64,000 nt of DNA from a virus. Taxonomy: Duplodnaviria; Heunggongvirae; Uroviricota; Caudoviricetes. The DNA is taken from positions 197,424 through 261,423 of IMG/VR virus record IMGVR_UViG_3300021166_000052; one strand, given 5' to 3'. The notes beneath the pieces are model-generated. The model made no database searches and had not been told where the DNA came from. It saw only the letters and a list, made by a program, of their open reading frames with translations. This document shows positions 61,165 through 64,000 of the stretch, one piece after another. A program made the position numbers and the translations under genes. Every line of letters begins with the position of its first letter. Position 1 is the stretch's first letter.

Positions 61165-61455
61165 ATGGATAGTGTTATTAAACAATATTTATATGCGTTA
61201 TTTAATATTATTATTGAATTTGTTATAACCAATAAAAAAATACTTGGTTATGCTGGTTATGTACACTATGTACATTATATAAATGAACAGGATATTTATC
61301 GATTTCATTTATCATCTATATCAACTGCATTTATTAATCAAATCATTAGCAATGATAATATTAAAGATGTATTAAAAATGGTCGATGATGATGATGTTGA
61401 GTATTTTAAATTTGACAACAAGACTCTCTGGTTTACATTAAAATTAAAAAAATAA
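61165..61455 (+). CDS. hypothetical protein
   Basis: 96-aa ORF. Confidence 0.4.
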   Translation: MDSVIKQYLYALFNIIIEFVITNKKILGYAGYVHYVHYINEQDIYRFHLSSISTAFINQIISNDNIKDVLKMVDDDDVEYFKFDNKTLWFTLKLKK

Positions 61456-61571
61456 AAATAATAGTTGTCATTTTTCATCTAATACGCTATAATTTTTTTA
61501 ATATAATGGATATGGTTACGATAATGTAAGTTATTGATTTTATTAAAAATTAAAATGAGGTTGGTTTAACT

Positions 61572-61871
61572 ATGCAAGAATTGATGGATGCTACCAATTT
61601 TGTTGGACTGGCCATAACCGCGCTTAATGGTAAAAATTATTACGAAGATGAATTTATACTTATTACACGGAAAAAATCTGATAATATTACAATCTCCATA
61701 AAACCAGAAGTTATTTTTGATGTTCAATTATATGAAATTTATCCTGTAACAATTATTAAAGATGGTAGAATTGTTTTTCATCAAAAAGAACATATTTATT
61801 TAACAAACCATTTAAAAATTTTGTGCGGAATTGGATTAAAAACACATTGTATATTTAATGAGGTTAATTGA
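61572..61871 (+). CDS. hypothetical protein
   Basis: 99-aa ORF. Confidence 0.4.
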   Translation: MQELMDATNFVGLAITALNGKNYYEDEFILITRKKSDNITISIKPEVIFDVQLYEIYPVTIIKDGRIVFHQKEHIYLTNHLKILCGIGLKTHCIFNEVN

Positions 61872-61874
61872 TTT

Positions 61875-62141
61875 ATGGAAAATAATATTACACCGGGAAA
61901 ATGGTCCGTATATAAACTCGATAAACGGTTAGTTGTTGATGATAATGATTTAGTAATTGCTGATGTTAGGACCGCATTAGATACCGCCGACGCAATGGCA
62001 ATTTCGCTTGTTCCTGATATGGTAAAAATAGTACAAAAATTGAAAGATTATTATTTACTTAATTCAGATGATAGTAGAGCAATTTTATTTGAATTAGTTA
62101 CAAAATCACATAAAATTGCTCAAAAAATACAATCATATTAA
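61875..62141 (+). CDS. hypothetical protein
   Basis: 88-aa ORF. Confidence 0.4.
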   Translation: MENNITPGKWSVYKLDKRLVVDDNDLVIADVRTALDTADAMAISLVPDMVKIVQKLKDYYLLNSDDSRAILFELVTKSHKIAQKIQSY

Positions 62142-62154
62142 TTTAAAATAATTA

Positions 62155-62242
62155 GGTGGGTTGGCGGAGTCTGGTCTATCGCGCTTGTTTGCTAAACAAG
62201 TGAACGCAAGTTCCACTAGTTCGAATCTAGTACCCATCGCCA
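62155..62242 (+). tRNA. tRNA-Ser (anticodon GCU, class II)
   Basis: Acceptor ggtgggt/acccatc. Anticodon stem cttgt/acaag with loop ttgctaa gives GCU. Variable-arm hairpin gaac-gcaa-gttc. T-arm actag-ttcgaat-ctagt. Discriminator G and encoded CCA. Confidence 0.75.
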
Positions 62243-62255
62243 TTGAATAAAAAAT

Positions 62256-62324
62256 GCCTTCACCGGGGGAACCGGCTCAGTGACTACGAATCATTCATGG
62301 AACGTTCGACTCGTTCTGGAGGCT
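62256..62324 (+). tRNA. atypical tRNA-like element, possibly tRNA-Arg (anticodon ACG), non-canonical D-arm, no encoded CCA
   Basis: Acceptor gccttca/tggaggc. Anticodon stem agtga/tcatt with loop ctacgaa gives ACG. 4-nt variable loop. T-arm gaacg-ttcgact-cgttc. D region ccgggggaaccggct does not fold canonically. Confidence 0.4.
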
Positions 62325-62335
62325 CGATTTTAATA

Positions 62336-62364
62336 TTGACATATTTAGTAGTATTTAGTATATT
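62336..62364 (+). promoter_or_regulatory. sigma70-like promoter TTGACA-17-TATATT
   Basis: -35 at 62336-62341 and -10 at 62359-62364. AAGGAG RBS before ATG 62399. Confidence 0.4.
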
Positions 62365-62398
62365 CATAGAACGAACATTAAATTAAGGAGATATTATA

Positions 62399-63448
62399 AT
62401 GTTTATTTCTACTAATAAGTTTGGTACTGCTAATATTTATGAAGAGTCTGATATATTAAATAAAAAAATATATATTTATAACTGTGCTTGTTTAACAATT
62501 CATACCGAAACTTTGGGATGGGCTAATAAACATAAGAATTGCATTGTTAATAATCCGGTTGACGCTGATGTTATCATTGTATTGGGATGTCAAGTAACGG
62601 ACTTAGCCATTCATAATGATATTCAAACCCTCCTCGCTTTTCAATTTAAATATGGTTGTGAAGATAAACTTATATTGTTTGGTGGTTGTATCGGCCAACG
62701 ATTTGATATTTTTCCAACTGTTTTTAATCGCATCGATTTATTATATTCAAATTATCAACCAGTTACTGATGATTCATTAATAACGTGGCAACATCCATTC
62801 TGGATAAAACAATCAGAAACTAATTCATTTTTACGAACTGATAAAAAAGATTTCAAATATATTAGAGTTGGAAAAGGTTGTCATGGTAGATGTCAATATT
62901 GTACCATTCGTATTACTCGTAAAGATCCGGTTACATTAGATTTAAATAAATTACTTCCTCAGTTCGAAGAGTGTGCAGGGTCTAATAAAATAATCATACC
63001 GGTTGCTGACACGCTTACAATTCCTCAAATTGAACACCTATATGGAATTGCTATTCAATATAAAATAAAATTTGCATTAAGGAATATAGAACCTAGTAAT
63101 GCAGTTGCTACTAGTGATACCTTATTAAAATTTTCAGAAAGTGGACTACTTGATACAATTCATATACCAATTCAATCAACAAATAAGGATTCATTACGCC
63201 AAATGAACCGAAGTATTAATGATACGTTTGAATCAATTGAATTGATTAAAAATATTAAATCAAATGGGGTATATACTGCAACTAATGTAATTATTAACTA
63301 TAATGATCAATCAAGTGGATATAATACCATTAAAGAAATTTTTGATCATGTTGCATGGAACCCCTATTGGAATGGGAAATGGGATATCGTTACCGCCGCT
63401 AGACGGATGACCCAATATATCCCATTTTATCAAATTTCAATTAACTAA
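62399..63448 (+). CDS. radical SAM methylthiotransferase-like (MiaB/RimO-family core, no TRAM domain)
   Basis: N-terminal MTTase-like Cys triad region (YNCAC, VLGCQVTD). Radical SAM CHGRCQYC. Confidence 0.5.
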   Translation: MFISTNKFGTANIYEESDILNKKIYIYNCACLTIHTETLGWANKHKNCIVNNPVDADVIIVLGCQVTDLAIHNDIQTLLAFQFKYGCEDKLILFGGCIGQRFDIFPTVFNRIDLLYSNYQPVTDDSLITWQHPFWIKQSETNSFLRTDKKDFKYIRVGKGCHGRCQYCTIRITRKDPVTLDLNKLLPQFEECAGSNKIIIPVADTLTIPQIEHLYGIAIQYKIKFALRNIEPSNAVATSDTLLKFSESGLLDTIHIPIQSTNKDSLRQMNRSINDTFESIELIKNIKSNGVYTATNVIINYNDQSSGYNTIKEIFDHVAWNPYWNGKWDIVTAARRMTQYIPFYQISIN

Positions 63449-63778
63449 TTGGTGATTTATATGAAAAATAATGATATACACAATGATTATGATGATAAAA
63501 TTATTCGTGATTTTCTATCACAAGAATATGAATCAAATTATAAAAACTGTGATCAAATTGGTAATATTGAATATTTACAAAATCAAATTGATAAATTAAC
63601 TCGACAACTTGTATATGCTAAAAAATCTCAAGCTGCATTAGAATTGATTCATAGTCGTGGGTGGGAAATATTCGATTGTTCTGATGAAATTATTGATTAC
63701 ACTTCTAGTAATTGGTTCCCTTTTGTTGGGACTATTGATGAATGGCAGCAATTTAAAAAAAATCTAATTGAAGATTGA
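63449..63778 (+). CDS. hypothetical protein
   Basis: 109-aa ORF. Confidence 0.4.
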   Translation: MVIYMKNNDIHNDYDDKIIRDFLSQEYESNYKNCDQIGNIEYLQNQIDKLTRQLVYAKKSQAALELIHSRGWEIFDCSDEIIDYTSSNWFPFVGTIDEWQQFKKNLIED

Positions 63779-63818
63779 TATGATACCTCATTATAAAGAT
63801 TGGGAATTATTGGTTATA

Positions 63819-64000
63819 ATGGATTGGCGATTGAAACCTTACATCGCCCCCGATCTCCAATGTTTAAAATGCCGAGGAACAGGAAACCGCTCAAGTATGG
63901 GATATGGTCCAACATATAAAGATATACCATGTCAACCTTGTGGGGGAACTGGGAGAGTTGCTAATCTTCAATTGGAACCGAAACCACCTCTACCTACAGA
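63819..64000 (+). CDS. hypothetical zinc-ribbon protein (3' partial, runs off window)
   Basis: ATG 63819. CLKCRGTG...CQPCGGTG. No stop before the window end. Confidence 0.35.
   Translation, partial: MDWRLKPYIAPDLQCLKCRGTGNRSSMGYGPTYKDIPCQPCGGTGRVANLQLEPKPPLPT

Noticed and set aside
1-64000. CRISPR arrays, integrase/attachment sites, rRNA genes
   Set aside because: No direct-repeat/spacer arrays, recombinase motifs or rRNA-like segments were seen.

Overview
This window is an AT-rich (roughly 30% GC), densely packed segment of a tailed dsDNA bacteriophage genome. Nearly every gene is on the + strand, with frequent overlapping TAATG or ATGA stop/start junctions, sigma70-like TTGACA-17-TATAAT promoters, and several clean GC-hairpin plus T-run terminators.

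The most striking feature is that the virion and tail-fibre modules (943-4560, 9715-20844, 23604-26121), plus two isolated genes, contain about 70 in-frame TAG codons. Each interrupted gene keeps a single reading frame across all its TAGs and terminates at TAA or TGA.

In three independent conserved motifs the TAG codons fall exactly on invariant tryptophans:
- RCC1-repeat protein: 'GTLWxWG' and 'SLTxWKxVS' positions, where sister repeats carry TGG at the same site.
- Papain C1 peptidase: the 'NSWG' motif.
- Tail-fibre N-terminal domain: 'GAWTRATD'-type position, recalled from homologues.

TGG-encoded Trp is almost absent from these genes, while early genes have normal Trp content and no TAG. 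I therefore read this as amber (UAG) reassigned to tryptophan in late genes. That is not a standard translation table, and I see no tRNA with a CUA anticodon in this window.

The TAG-free early and auxiliary modules encode:
- An NAD salvage pair (Nampt/NadV plus an NMNAT-Nudix NatV-like protein), a canonical Nudix hydrolase and a macro domain.
- A RelA/SpoT-type small alarmone hydrolase.
- Three ATP-dependent RNA ligase homologues (Rnl1-like, Rnl2-like and a third), two HD phosphohydrolases, RNase HI, and a CoaE-like kinase fused to a PPAT-like nucleotidyltransferase.
- A DnaQ-like exonuclease, an HNH-AP2 homing endonuclease and an SLT lytic transglycosylase.
- A cluster of three radical SAM enzymes (two RlmN/Cfr-like, one SPASM-like) with small peptide ORFs, and a MiaB-like methylthiotransferase next to a tRNA cluster: Ser(GCU) plus an atypical Arg(ACG)-like tRNA. 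A tRNA-Leu(UAG) lies near the start of the window.
- A methyltransferase / GT9-like / sulfotransferase island embedded between structural modules.

The six-frame ORF track badly fragments the recoded genes. Merged gene coordinates are given in the features.
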